A DNA stretch of 64,000 bases. It comes from an uncultured delta proteobacterium (GTDB taxonomy: Bacteria; Desulfobacterota; Desulfobaccia; Desulfobaccales; 0-14-0-80-60-11). Numbering within the stretch: position 1 is the first letter of the stretch; the number at the start of each line of letters is the position of its first letter. The position numbers were made by a program, and so were the translations under genes. The notes under the pieces are model-generated. The model saw nothing but the letters and a program-made list of their open reading frames with translations, was not told where the DNA came from and did no database searches. Below, in pieces: positions 48,372-58,045 of this stretch. The stretch is from the NCBI GenBank assembly GCA_963790655.1, contig CAWBPT010000013.1, positions 158,484 through 222,483 of the forward strand, written 5' to 3'.

Positions 48372-48650
48372 TTTTCTCTGGTTCATCTGGTGCTTCTTCT
48401 GGTCCATTGCCAGAAGCCATGCCTTCATAATGCCAAAGGAAACGACGCACCCATGCCACTAGCGATTCTTTATCAGAAATTACCCAATCTTCTAAGGGTT
48501 TTTCAACCGCCGGCCTGTCGGTATGAATTTTAGCGCAAGCCTCATATTATGTCAAGTATATAATACCCTTTAATAAAGGGGGGTAGGGGGGATTTTTCAT
48601 CCCCTGGGGGGTGTTCAATGGCGGCCATGAATGTTTAGCCTACGCCGGCA

Positions 48651-48910
48651 CAGGCTGGAAAGCCTGGGCCACCGATTCTTTGGCCTTCCGCAGGGTTTCG
48701 CCAGCCGGTTAAATCTCCCTCTCCACCCGCTTGCGGGGGGAGAGGGTTGGGGTGAGGGGGGAAATCTTTCCCGCCTGCACGAATTTGGGAGTTTGGGCGA
48801 TATATCCTGGGATAATTGTAGGTTACCCAAGCAGAGCTTGGGCTAAAAATTGCGTTCCCCAGCAGGAGCTTGGGAACGAGTTATCAAGATGCAAAATCCC
48901 GGCCGGACAC
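48651..48910 (-). repeat. repeat family R2, full-length copy (inverted orientation)
   Basis: Contains both hairpins, gcccaagcagagcttgggc and gttccccagcaggagcttgggaac. It aligns with 5692-5906 and 38217-38320. Confidence 0.7.
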
Positions 48911-48993
48911 TACTGCCCCTGGCCCCCTCTCTCAAACCCCACCCGCATCCCGAGTGGCGCCACGGCAACCCCACCCCCGATGCTGGCTCAGCC

Positions 48994-49725
48994 TCAGGCC
49001 TGGGACAGGCGGAGAAAATTATTAAGAAAACGGCGGAAGGTCCGGCCCATCTCCGCCTCCTGGCGTTGGGCTTCGGCGACCACGGCCTGGGGGTCCACGC
49101 CGGTGCCGGCCAGGGCCCAGTCCCGGTCGTGCTCCAACCACTTGGCCACGTCCAGGGCTCCGGCATGGTTGTCGAACTGGACCCCCACCACCCGGGGATT
49201 GCCGGTCAGACCCAGGGCCTCCACCGGCGCGGCCTCGGACCGGGCCAGGAGTTCCACCCCCGGCGGCAGCGGCGGCAGCACCCCCTGGCCGTGCCATTTA
49301 AAGAGCGGCAGGGGCGACGGCAAGCCTTGAAAGGCGGGATGAACCACTCCGGCCGGGGTCAGCTCGCCGGTAATGAACCCCACGGATTTCTGGGGCAGCG
49401 GCCCCACCCGGCACCCCAATACGTGCCCCAGCAACTGGTGGCCCAGGCAAAATCCCAGGTAAGCCTTACCCAGAGCGATGGTCTCCCGGATGGCGGCTTT
49501 CAGAGGGCGCAGGTAGGGAAACTGCGCCTCTTCATCCACGTTGGGGGACCCCCCCAGCACGATGAGGCCCGCCAGGGGCGCCAGGGCCGGCAGGCTCTCA
49601 TGCCAGGCTTCCACCACCTGAAACTCGACCCCGCCGTCCTCCAGGGCGCCCAATAAGTGCTGCCCCGGCCCTTCCCAGTCCATGTGTTGCACGACCAAAA
49701 AACCTTTGCCCGCCAATTGACTCAC
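48994..49725 (-). CDS. class I glutamine amidotransferase-like protein
   Basis: LIVLGGSPNV...GKAYLGFCLGHQLLG (nucleophile elbow G-x-C-x-G-x-Q), ...VGVQFDNH. Confidence 0.85.
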   Translation of the reverse strand: MSQLAGKGFLVVQHMDWEGPGQHLLGALEDGGVEFQVVEAWHESLPALAPLAGLIVLGGSPNVDEEAQFPYLRPLKAAIRETIALGKAYLGFCLGHQLLGHVLGCRVGPLPQKSVGFITGELTPAGVVHPAFQGLPSPLPLFKWHGQGVLPPLPPGVELLARSEAAPVEALGLTGNPRVVGVQFDNHAGALDVAKWLEHDRDWALAGTGVDPQAVVAEAQRQEAEMGRTFRRFLNNFLRLSQA

Positions 49726-50176
49726 CTCCGGAGGATTAGGGAATTCTGGGGAGTATATCGAATCCTGCTGAACCTGAAAAGCGCGGCGGAACCCGGTGGC
49801 AGAAAAGGCATTTTTCTGCTAGCAATTCACGGGGTTTCCTGGGTGGGCCCCCAGTTTCGCCATGAACGGTCATTGGGAGCCCAGGGAAGAATCTCGTATT
49901 GCCAATAAGTTGAGACCATTCCCTGCGTTTGGGAAGCCAGGCAAATGCTGTTTTAAAAAGGCTGGAAAAGAAACGTAACCGCCCCTAGTAATGTGTTCCG
50001 CCAATACCTTACAAAAGTTTGCACCAATTATGCCCCCTCCCCTGGTGGGAGGGGGTTAGGGGGAGGGGGAGTTTAATTTCGCTTAACCTACCATAATCCC
50101 TTATTATTTTTGCCACCCCACTAACCTCAAGGGGGAGGGAACCAAGACGAGCACTTATTAATGTTACTCGCGGGAC

Positions 50177-51007
50177 ATGACCCTAGCTCGAAACCGCCGG
50201 CCGGGTATGTTAAATTGGGGCATGCAGGAGAGACTCATGACGGCATGGCAGGTGGAGGAAGCAGGGGGCCTCCCCTGTTACCGCAGTCCCCTGCTGGCGG
50301 CCTTCCCCGAATTGGTTCACGGGTTCTTCACCCGCCAAGGGGGCGTGAGCGCCGGGCCTTACCACAGCCTCAACCTGAGCTTTGCCGTGGGGGATGATCC
50401 GGAGGCGGTGGCGCACAACCGGCGCCGGGTACAGCAGGCTTTGAAGCTGGACCACTTGACCGGCGCCACCCAGGTGCACGGCCATAGGTACGCCCTGGTC
50501 ACCGGCAACCCTCAATCCGCCGAGGAGGTCCCGGAGGTGGACATCCTGATCACCGCAGAGCCCGGCGCGGGCCTCCTCATCAAGCAGGCGGACTGCCAGG
50601 CGGTGCTGCTCTATGACCCGGGGCGCCGGGTGGCGGCCAATGTCCACTGCGGCTGGCGGGGCCAGGTGCAAAATATCCTGGGCCAGGCGGTGAGCCGCCT
50701 AAGCGAACTCTTCGGCTCCCGACCCCAGGATTTGCGCGCCGCCATCGGCCCCGGCCTGGGCCCCTGCTGCGCCGAATTCCGCCACTTCCGGCGGGAGCTG
50801 CCGCCGGAATTCTGGCCCTACCAGGACCGCCCCCATTACTTCGACCTCTGGCGGCTCAGCCGGGACCAACTGACGGCGGCGGGGCTACAGCCGGACCATA
50901 TCGATCTTGCAGCCCTCTGCACCAGGTGCCGGGCCCGGGAATTTTACTCCTATCGCCGGGACGGCGTCACGGGGCGCCAGGCCGCGGTCATCGCGCTCAA
51001 ACCCTGA
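50177..51007 (+). CDS. pgeF: peptidoglycan editing factor PgeF (YfiH/DUF152 laccase-domain protein)
   Basis: LVHGFFTRQGGVS..PYHSLNLS...QVHG...ADILIT...IKQADCQAVLLYDP...ANVHCGWRG...GPCCAEF. The start is uncertain, with an alternative near 50237. Confidence 0.85.
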   Translation: MTLARNRRPGMLNWGMQERLMTAWQVEEAGGLPCYRSPLLAAFPELVHGFFTRQGGVSAGPYHSLNLSFAVGDDPEAVAHNRRRVQQALKLDHLTGATQVHGHRYALVTGNPQSAEEVPEVDILITAEPGAGLLIKQADCQAVLLYDPGRRVAANVHCGWRGQVQNILGQAVSRLSELFGSRPQDLRAAIGPGLGPCCAEFRHFRRELPPEFWPYQDRPHYFDLWRLSRDQLTAAGLQPDHIDLAALCTRCRAREFYSYRRDGVTGRQAAVIALKP

Positions 51008-51150
51008 CCCGGCCGGAAAAAGAACCGGAGCCCCCCGTTCCCCGGCGGCGCGCCGCAGTTTCCTGGTTTTTATTCCCGGGGCACAGTTGGGATGAAATGA
51101 TTAGGGGCGGGCCGGCCCGGCCCTGGCCCCACCGGTCCGGAGTCTGCGGT

Positions 51151-51309
51151 TTAACTTTGCGGCGGGGTCTCCTTCTTGCTGACCATATCCTTCAAATCGT
51201 TAAATGCTTTTTTAATGGCATCCGTGGCCTGCCCCACCTGCTGGGGATATTTAACGCCCACAAATACTCCTACGCCGAAACCCACAATCAATAAAAACAT
51301 GATGGTCAT
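51151..51309 (-). CDS. small membrane protein (52 aa)
   Basis: MTIMFLLIVGFGVGVFVGVKYPQQVGQATDAIKKAFNDLKDMVSKKETPPQS. Below the track cutoff. SD aaagga upstream of the second ATG. Confidence 0.4.
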   Translation of the reverse strand: MTIMFLLIVGFGVGVFVGVKYPQQVGQATDAIKKAFNDLKDMVSKKETPPQS

Positions 51310-51374
51310 CCTTTCTTGACATTTGATCGGGGGAACCTGGCACCGCGCTGGGATTTACCGGTTTAGCCGGCAGG

Positions 51375-52022
51375 TTAATCCGTTTGACCCAAGGAAACCA
51401 GGGCGCGCCGGGCTACCCGGCCCACCGTGGTATCGTGCAGTTCGCCCTCATCGTAAATCTTAACCGGGGTGTCATCTCCCACTAAGGTCTTAAGCCCCGG
51501 CGCCGCTCCGGCCACCCCGGCCTTACCCAGGGACCAGGCGGCCCAGGCCCGCACCTGGGGGTCGTGGTCGCTGAGCGCGGCCTCCACGAGGGGCAAGGCC
51601 TCTTCCAGAACCTCCGGGTGCACCTCCCCCAGCCTTCCCAGCCCCCAGAGCATGGGCCCCCGGGAGAACTCCTCCTCCAGGAAGCCGCAAAACATGGGGA
51701 CGATCTCTTTTACCAGGGAAAGCTGCTGCCGCCCGATCTCGCCCAGAGCCGAGGCCGCCCCCCAGCCGCAACTGCCCGAATCTTCATTCAGCAGCCACAG
51801 GAGCCGGCCCAGGACTTTCTGCACCTGGCCCGGGTGAGCCCCGGCCACAAAGCCCAGGCCTTCCAGGGCCCGCCAGTGCAGCAAGTCGCCCGGGTCATAG
51901 ATGAACCGCAGCAACTGGCCGGCCACCCCGGTTTCCCGTCCCGCCAACTCCACCAGTCCCGGGAAATTTCCCTCCCGCAGCAAAGCGACGATTTGTTCCC
52001 TGAGGGCCCGCCGGTCTTTCAA
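51375..52022 (-). CDS. HEAT-repeat protein
   Basis: Repeated HEAT/PBS-lyase-like units, e.g. DPQVRAWAAWSLGKAG and HWRALEGLGFVAG. Confidence 0.75.
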   Translation of the reverse strand: MKDRRALREQIVALLREGNFPGLVELAGRETGVAGQLLRFIYDPGDLLHWRALEGLGFVAGAHPGQVQKVLGRLLWLLNEDSGSCGWGAASALGEIGRQQLSLVKEIVPMFCGFLEEEFSRGPMLWGLGRLGEVHPEVLEEALPLVEAALSDHDPQVRAWAAWSLGKAGVAGAAPGLKTLVGDDTPVKIYDEGELHDTTVGRVARRALVSLGQTD

Positions 52023-52217
52023 TGCAGTTGCCAGTGCTCAGTTGTCAGTAGCTGGTAGCTGGTAGCTGGTAATCAGTGGCCAACGGGCAGTTCCAGCGCC
52101 AGCAGCGTGTTATCCACCCGAAACCGCGGTCGGGCCGGTAGTTCCTTTTTTATAAGGGCAGTGCCATTGGTCAGGTTGGTGAACTGACCCCTGACCCCTG
52201 GCCCCTGGCCCCTGCCT

Positions 52218-52634
52218 TTAAAACGGAATATCGTCCTCCGGGGCGCCCCCTTCCGGCGGGCCGAAGGGCGCTTCCGGCTCCCGCTCCGGGCCGCGGCCTT
52301 GTCCTCCTCCCAGCATCTGCATGGTGTCGGCCACGATCTCGTAGGAGTAGCGCTTTACCCCTTCTTGTTCCCAGGTGTCGGAGCGAATCTTGCCTTCGAT
52401 GTAAACCTGCTTGCCCTTGGCCAGGTACTGACCGCAGATCTCCGCCAGCTTGCGCCAGGCGGTTATCCGGTGCCACTCGGTGCGCTCCTGCATATTGCCC
52501 TGACGGTCTTTATACTTCTCGGTGGTGGCTATCCTGAATTTGCACACCGCGGTGCCGTCGGCAGTGTAGCGCATCTCGGGGTCGGCCCCCAAATTTCCCA
52601 CCAGTATAACCTTGTTGACCCCAGCCATGATCAT
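52218..52634 (-). CDS. ssb: single-stranded DNA-binding protein
   Basis: [30 protein letters not shown]...TEWHRITAW, a Gly-rich linker, and the acidic tail DDIPF. Confidence 0.95.
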   Translation of the reverse strand: MIMAGVNKVILVGNLGADPEMRYTADGTAVCKFRIATTEKYKDRQGNMQERTEWHRITAWRKLAEICGQYLAKGKQVYIEGKIRSDTWEQEGVKRYSYEIVADTMQMLGGGQGRGPEREPEAPFGPPEGGAPEDDIPF

Positions 52635-52821
52635 CCTCCCAAGGCCCGTGGCTTTTCCAAACCATTATCACAGAACAAAGGGGCGGGCAAGGACTTATCA
52701 GGCCGATGGCGGCACCCGTAGAAAATCCCCTTCCCTGCTCCGGGATGGCAATTGCCTGCTCCAGGGTTTATACTTCCAGCCATCCCTTTAATAATTTTCT
52801 CAGCTCCCTTCAGGTGCAGCC

Positions 52822-53622
52822 ATGACTTTTCAGCCATCCACCAACTTCACGAAACTCCGGAACCGGCTTGCCCGCGCTCTCCGAATCCTGGGGATCATCA
52901 CTCTGATCCTGGCCGCGGCAACCCGAGCCCCGGCTGCCGCCGCGCCACTGGCAGAGATCGATGGCCTCCTTAACAGCCCCGGTCTGAGCCTGGCCCAGGC
53001 CCAGGAGGCCCTGGCGCGATGCCAAGCCCTGCTCGCTTCCCCTGAGGCCCCCCGCGCCGCTTTATTGACGCGGTTGGCCCGGATCTCCTTCATTCTGGGA
53101 GACCTGGCCCCCCAGGGTGAGCGGCCGGCCTACTACGAAAAAGGCCTGGCGTATGCCGAACAACTTGTAAAGGAGAAACCCGGCGCGGTGGCAGGACATT
53201 ACTGGCAGGCCCTCAATCTTTGCGGCCTGGCCGACGTGGGCGGCAAGCTCAAAGGGCGCAAACTGCTGCCCCGCATCCTGGAGGAGTTGCAAAAGTCCCT
53301 GGCCATCGACGAGGCTTACGACCAGGCCGGAGCCCACCGGGTGCTGGGACGCATCTATTACGAGGCCCCCCGGCGGCCCTTTTCGGTGGGGGACCTGGAT
53401 AAATCCCTTAAGCACCTCACCGCCGCCGCCCGACTAGCCCCGGAAACCAGCACCAACCACCTTTACCTGGCCGAAACCCTGATCCGCCTGCAGCAGCCGT
53501 CCCAGGCCCGCCAGGAACTGGAGCGGACCCTCACCGCCAGCCGGCACGCCGTTCAACCCCAGGGCCTCCGGGAGGACCAACAGGAAGCCCGCCGCCTGCT
53601 GGCGGAGTTGGAGGGGAAGTAG
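52822..53622 (+). CDS. secreted TPR-like protein (TatT-like)
   Basis: Signal or anchor sequence ILGIITLILAAATRAPAAAA followed by helical repeat content. The call is weak. Confidence 0.65.
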   Translation: MTFQPSTNFTKLRNRLARALRILGIITLILAAATRAPAAAAPLAEIDGLLNSPGLSLAQAQEALARCQALLASPEAPRAALLTRLARISFILGDLAPQGERPAYYEKGLAYAEQLVKEKPGAVAGHYWQALNLCGLADVGGKLKGRKLLPRILEELQKSLAIDEAYDQAGAHRVLGRIYYEAPRRPFSVGDLDKSLKHLTAAARLAPETSTNHLYLAETLIRLQQPSQARQELERTLTASRHAVQPQGLREDQQEARRLLAELEGK

Positions 53623-53829
53623 ATTATGGGGTGAGGACCAGGGGCCGACGGCCCCTGCCCTCCCCCCAAAACCCCCCTCCCAACCCCCTGAAATGGGCCG
53701 GGGAAGGCGGGACCGTTGGTCCCGACTTCCCCGGCTAAATTTTTCCCCTTAAGGGATTGGGGGTGGGGGTTTGGGGGAGTTTTTTGTAAGTGTAAGGGCT
53801 TTCTGCCCTTAGCCCCCTCCCCCAACCTT

Positions 53830-55533
53830 TTACGGCTTACCCCAATCCAGCAAGTGCAGGTCCGGGGTGGTGCGGCCCTGGTAGTGGGACAGTCTGGTGC
53901 TGAAGGCCACTTCCAGGGTGCCCTTCAGGGGGTGGTGGCCGGCCATGTCAAAGGCTACGGCTTCCAGTATCCGGCCGTTCTGGGCCAGTTGCACCCGCAG
54001 ATGTCTTGCTCCCACCACCCTGGAACCCAGGCATTCCACCCCCGAGCAGGCGAAGACCGGGGCCGGGTTGCCCGGGCCGAAGGGGCGCAGGGACTCCAGG
54101 TGCCGGAAAAAATTGTGGTCCAGTTCCGCCAGGTTCACCATGGCGTCCACTTTAAGGGTGGGGCGGGGAGGTTCCGTACCCAGCTGCTCTTCGAAGGCTC
54201 GCTCCAGGTTTTCCTGGAGAGCGGCCACCTGGGCGGCCTCGATCTCAAACCCCGCCGCGGCCTGGTGGCCCCCGTAGCGGCTGAGGATCGCCCGGCAGGC
54301 ATGCAGTCCCTGGTAGAGGTGAAAGCCCTCGATGGAGCGGGCCGAACCCCGGCCCACGCCGTTCTTCAGGCTGATCAGGGCCACGGGCCGGTAGTATTCC
54401 TCTGCCAGGCGGGCGGCCGCGATCCCCAACACCCCGGCGTGCCAGCCTTCCTTGGCCAGGATCATCACCGGGCGCCGGTGCAAGCCCTGGCGCCGCACCA
54501 TGGCCCCGGCCTCCTTGAGCATCTCTTCCTCCAGGGTCTGGCGCTGGCGGTTGAGATTTTGCAGGTAGTTCGCCTGGACCCGGGCCTGGTTGAGGTCGTC
54601 GCTCAGGAGCAGCTCCAGGGCGCAGCGGGCCTGGCCCAGCCTGCCCGCGGCATTGAGGCGGGGGGCCAGCCGGAAGCCCAGGTCCCGGAAAGAGATGGGT
54701 TTGCCTTCCAGGCCGGCCACTTCTTTCAAGGCCACCAGACCCGGGCGGCTGGTTTCCTCCAGGACCTTGAGGCCCTGGCGCACCAGGATGCGGTTCTCCC
54801 CCAGCACCGGCACCACGTCGGCCGCGGTTCCCAGGGCCACCAGGTCCAGGTAGGACTTAAGATTGGGCTCCCGGCGCCGGGTGAACCAGCCTTCGGCCCG
54901 GAGCTCCGCCCGCACTGCCAGGGCCAGGAGCAGGGCCACCCCCACCCCGGCCAGCTCGCTGAAGGGGTACTCGGCGCCCCCCCGCTTGGGGTTGACCACC
55001 GCCAGGGCCGGAGGCAGTTCCGGCGGGATCTCGTGGTGGTCGGTGATAATGACCTCCAGGCCGTGGTCCCGGGCCCAGGTCACTTCTTCGAGGTCGCTGA
55101 TGCCGCAGTCCACCGTCACCAGCAACCGGGCCCGGGAGGCCAGCTCTTTGAGGGCCGGTATCCGGAGACCGTAGCCCTCCTTGAGGCGGTCCGGCACGTG
55201 GGTGGTGCAACTCAGTCCCAATTCCCCCAGAAACTGGTGCAGCAGGCAGGCGGCGGTGAGCCCGTCGGCGTCGTAATCCCCGTAAACGGCCACGGCTTCC
55301 TGTTGCCGCACCGCCAGGCCCAGGCGCACTGCGGCCGTTTCCATGTCCGCCAGTCCGAAGGGGGGGTAGAGGCGCTCCAGCACCGGGTCCAGAAAGGCCA
55401 GGATCTCGTCGGCGCCGTTGAGGCCGCGGTTCAGCAGGAGGCGGGCCACCAAAGGCGGCACCCCGTGCCGGGCGCTCACTTCCGCCAGGGCCCCAGGGTC
55501 CGGTAAAACCAGCCAGCGCATCTTGCGGCGCAA
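53830..55533 (-). CDS. recJ: single-stranded-DNA-specific exonuclease RecJ
   Basis: VAVYGDYDADGLTAACLL (DHH motif I-II), VTVDCG, IITDHH, GGHQAAAGF (DHHA1). Confidence 0.95.
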   Translation of the reverse strand: MRRKMRWLVLPDPGALAEVSARHGVPPLVARLLLNRGLNGADEILAFLDPVLERLYPPFGLADMETAAVRLGLAVRQQEAVAVYGDYDADGLTAACLLHQFLGELGLSCTTHVPDRLKEGYGLRIPALKELASRARLLVTVDCGISDLEEVTWARDHGLEVIITDHHEIPPELPPALAVVNPKRGGAEYPFSELAGVGVALLLALAVRAELRAEGWFTRRREPNLKSYLDLVALGTAADVVPVLGENRILVRQGLKVLEETSRPGLVALKEVAGLEGKPISFRDLGFRLAPRLNAAGRLGQARCALELLLSDDLNQARVQANYLQNLNRQRQTLEEEMLKEAGAMVRRQGLHRRPVMILAKEGWHAGVLGIAAARLAEEYYRPVALISLKNGVGRGSARSIEGFHLYQGLHACRAILSRYGGHQAAAGFEIEAAQVAALQENLERAFEEQLGTEPPRPTLKVDAMVNLAELDHNFFRHLESLRPFGPGNPAPVFACSGVECLGSRVVGARHLRVQLAQNGRILEAVAFDMAGHHPLKGTLEVAFSTRLSHYQGRTTPDLHLLDWGKP

Positions 55534-55650
55534 TAGAAACTCCGTTTTGGGTTTTTCGTTTTTGGTTATTTATGGTGGCCCAGGCGTCTCGCCGGTGCTT
55601 TCAGTTATGGTTCGGACGGGCGCGGCAGTCATTGGAACCATAATGCAGCC

Positions 55651-55808
55651 GCAGGCTTTACCGTGAAAACCCAACTGTGAAAACCCAAATCCCCCTAAAT
55701 CCCCCTTTTTCAAAGGGGGACTTCTAACACCCCCCTTTAATAAAGGGGGGTAGGGGGGATTTTTCATCCCCTGGGGGGTGTTCGCCGGCGGCCATGAATG
55801 TTTAGCCT
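55651..55808. repeat. repeat family R1, intact copy (the 'empty site' for the IS1595 insertion)
   Basis: gcaggctttaccgtgaaaaccca...atccccctaaatccccctttttcaaagggggac...cccctttaataaaggggggtaggggggatttttcatcccctggggggtgtt...ggcggccatgaatgtttagcct. The two halves recur at 46057-46136 and 48569-48641. Confidence 0.7.
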
Positions 55809-55900
55809 GCGCAAGCTAAAGCTTGCGGCTACTTTGTAAAATCCAATCCTTGATGCCTTTAAATTTCTTAAGCTCAAAGCTGACCGCTGAAAGCTGACAG

Positions 55901-56617
55901 CTATTCCACCGTTTCCCCCGGCTTCAAAGCAATGACTGTAATATCCGGTTCCCCTTTGAGCAGCTCCTGCAACTCCTCCGGGGTCCCGGTGAGCACCGGG
56001 AAGGTGCCGTAGTGCATGGGGATCACCCATTTGGGCTGCAGCAGCCGGCAGGCCAGGGCCGCCTCCTTGGGGTTCATGACGTAATGGCTGCCGATGGGCA
56101 GCATGGCCAGCTCGGGATGGTAGAGCTCCCGGATGAGCTCCATGTCTTTAAAGACCGCGGTGTCCCCGGCATGGTAGGCGACAAAGCCGTTGGGGAACTC
56201 GACTACGAAGCCGCCGGGATCGCCGGCGGCGATGAGGCGGCCCCCTTCGTCCACCGCGGAGGAGTGCACCGCGTGAGTCATGGTGATCTCAAGGCCGTGG
56301 AAGGGCACCGTACCCCCCTTGTTCATGCCGATGACCTGGGGGGCCCCCTGCCCTGCCAAGATCACGGAGAGCTCGTGGATAGCCACCACTGTGGCCCCGG
56401 TTTTTTGCGCCACCGCCACGGTCTCGCCCACGTGGTCGCCGTGGCCGTGGGTCACCAGGATCAGGTCCACTTTGCCGATCTGGTCCACCGGAGTATTGAG
56501 CAGAGGGTTGCTGAGCCAGGGATCGATGAGGACACTGACTTTGCCGTCCGTCAATTTAAAGGCTGCGTGGCCCAGGAAAGTGATGCTGACCCCGCGGCCC
56601 ATGGCTGCTTGCGACAT
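55901..56617 (-). CDS. metallo-beta-lactamase-fold hydrolase (UPF0173-like)
   Basis: ITFLGHAAFKL...LIDPWL...DLILVTHGHGDHVG. Confidence 0.85.
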   Translation of the reverse strand: MSQAAMGRGVSITFLGHAAFKLTDGKVSVLIDPWLSNPLLNTPVDQIGKVDLILVTHGHGDHVGETVAVAQKTGATVVAIHELSVILAGQGAPQVIGMNKGGTVPFHGLEITMTHAVHSSAVDEGGRLIAAGDPGGFVVEFPNGFVAYHAGDTAVFKDMELIRELYHPELAMLPIGSHYVMNPKEAALACRLLQPKWVIPMHYGTFPVLTGTPEELQELLKGEPDITVIALKPGETVE

Positions 56618-56754
56618 GGCGTCCTCCTGGTGAGGTGAAAATGGCTGTCAGCTTTCAGCTATCAGCTTTCAGCAAAGACAAAAGGCTGTTAGCGCCGGGG
56701 CGAAAGGCGCGCCCTAGATAAGCTGGTGGGCCATGCCCACCCTACATTGTCTCC

Positions 56755-56815
56755 TCGTTCCCAAGCTCCTGCTTGGGAACGCAAATTTCAGCCCAAGCTC
56801 TGCTTGGGCGCCATT
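56755..56815 (+). repeat. repeat family R2, core with both hairpins only
   Basis: GTTCCCAAGCtcctGCTTGGGAAC gcaaatttca GCCCAAGCtctgCTTGGGC. Confidence 0.65.
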
Positions 56816-56905
56816 ATCTATTTAATTCTAGGTGGGCCGTGCCCCCCCACATTTTCCATTGCCCCAACCTGTCTTTTGGCTGAAAGCTGACAGCTGACCG
56901 CTGCA

Positions 56906-57898
56906 TCACCGCACCAGTTTCTCCAGGGCGTCCAGGTTCTGGCGCATGCCCAGGACCACCAGGGTGTCCCCGGCCTGGATCTGGGCAGCCGGCGCGGGAT
57001 TATAGAGCATTTCGCCGTCGGCCCGCTTGATGGCCACCACGATGAGGTCCAGGTCCCGCCGGATGCCCGTGTCTTTCAAGGGCAGGCCGATGAGGGACGA
57101 GGTGGCCTCCACCCGGGTCTCTTCCATGCTCAGGTCCACCCCTTCGGTCATGGCCAGTTCGATGAAGGTGGTTACCGTGGGTCGCATGATGGTGTAGGCC
57201 ATCTTCCGGCCTCCCATCTCATAGGGTGATTCCACCTTATCGGCCCCGGCCCGCTTCAGCTTCTGTTCGGCCCCCCGTTCCTCCGCCCGGGCCACGATAT
57301 ACAATTTCGGATTGAGGCTGCGGGCCGTCAGCACGATATAGACGTTGCTGGCGTCGGAGTGCACCACCGAAACCAGGCCCCGGGCCCGCTCGATGCCCGC
57401 TTCCAGCAGGACCTCTTCCCGGGTGGCGTCTCCGGCCACCACATCGTAGCCGGCCTCCTCCAGGCGGGCCAGGTGTTCGGGATTGCTCTCCACCACCACC
57501 AGGGGAATCCCCCGCTCCTTGAGCTGCCGGGCGATGATCTCCCCGATGCGGCCGAAACCGCAGATGATATAGTGGTCTTTGAGTTTCTTGATGCGGGTCA
57601 GCAATTTGCGTTTCCCCAGCGCTTCCCGGATCTCACCTTCCACCACCACCCGGGCCAGCGAGCCCACGATATAGAGCATGACCCCCATGCCGGCGAGGAT
57701 CAGCATCATGTTGTATATCTTGCCCACCCGGTCCAGGGGGTGCACTTCCCCGTAGCCCACGGTGGTCAGGGTGGTCACCGTCATGTAGAGGCCGTCGAAG
57801 AAGCTCCAACCTTCGATCCAGACAAACCCCAGGCTGCCCAATACCAGGATGGCCGCCAGGCTGGCAGCCCACAGGGCAATTTTTCGGAATGTTATCAT
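56906..57898 (-). CDS. potassium channel protein with RCK/TrkA-N and TrkA-C domains
   Basis: Selectivity filter TLTTVGYGE. Rossmann motif ICGFGRIGEIIARQL. Confidence 0.88.
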   Translation of the reverse strand: MITFRKIALWAASLAAILVLGSLGFVWIEGWSFFDGLYMTVTTLTTVGYGEVHPLDRVGKIYNMMLILAGMGVMLYIVGSLARVVVEGEIREALGKRKLLTRIKKLKDHYIICGFGRIGEIIARQLKERGIPLVVVESNPEHLARLEEAGYDVVAGDATREEVLLEAGIERARGLVSVVHSDASNVYIVLTARSLNPKLYIVARAEERGAEQKLKRAGADKVESPYEMGGRKMAYTIMRPTVTTFIELAMTEGVDLSMEETRVEATSSLIGLPLKDTGIRRDLDLIVVAIKRADGEMLYNPAPAAQIQAGDTLVVLGMRQNLDALEKLVR

Positions 57899-58045
57899 AA
57901 TACAGTGGACAGGGGCCAGGGGCCAGGGGTCAGTTTTTGTGAGAATGGTGCTCTAAGTACTTTCACCAACTGCAACTCCATAAGACCCTATCCCAATTTA
58001 AAAATATGGTTTTCTCAACCTGACCCCTGTCCCCTAACCCCTGCC

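Larger units (their letters stand above)
46137..48568 (+). mobile_element. IS1595-family element (2432 bp) carrying passenger genes
   Basis: Inverted ends are cggaaaTATATACTTGACATAATA (left) and the reverse complement of the right end, gggtatTATATACTTGACATAATA. The 8-bp target duplication tttaataa is at 46129-46136 and 48569-48576. It is inserted into a repeat whose uninterrupted paralog is at 55651-55808. Confidence 0.8.

Noticed and set aside
57907-57933. G-quadruplex at ggacaggggccaggggccaggggtcag
   Set aside because: It has three GGGG tracts plus a GG, so a canonical four-tract G4 is not guaranteed. The block has a complementary C-rich partner 90 bp away, which makes duplex or hairpin formation the simpler explanation. 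It is folded into the periodic-repeat finding instead.
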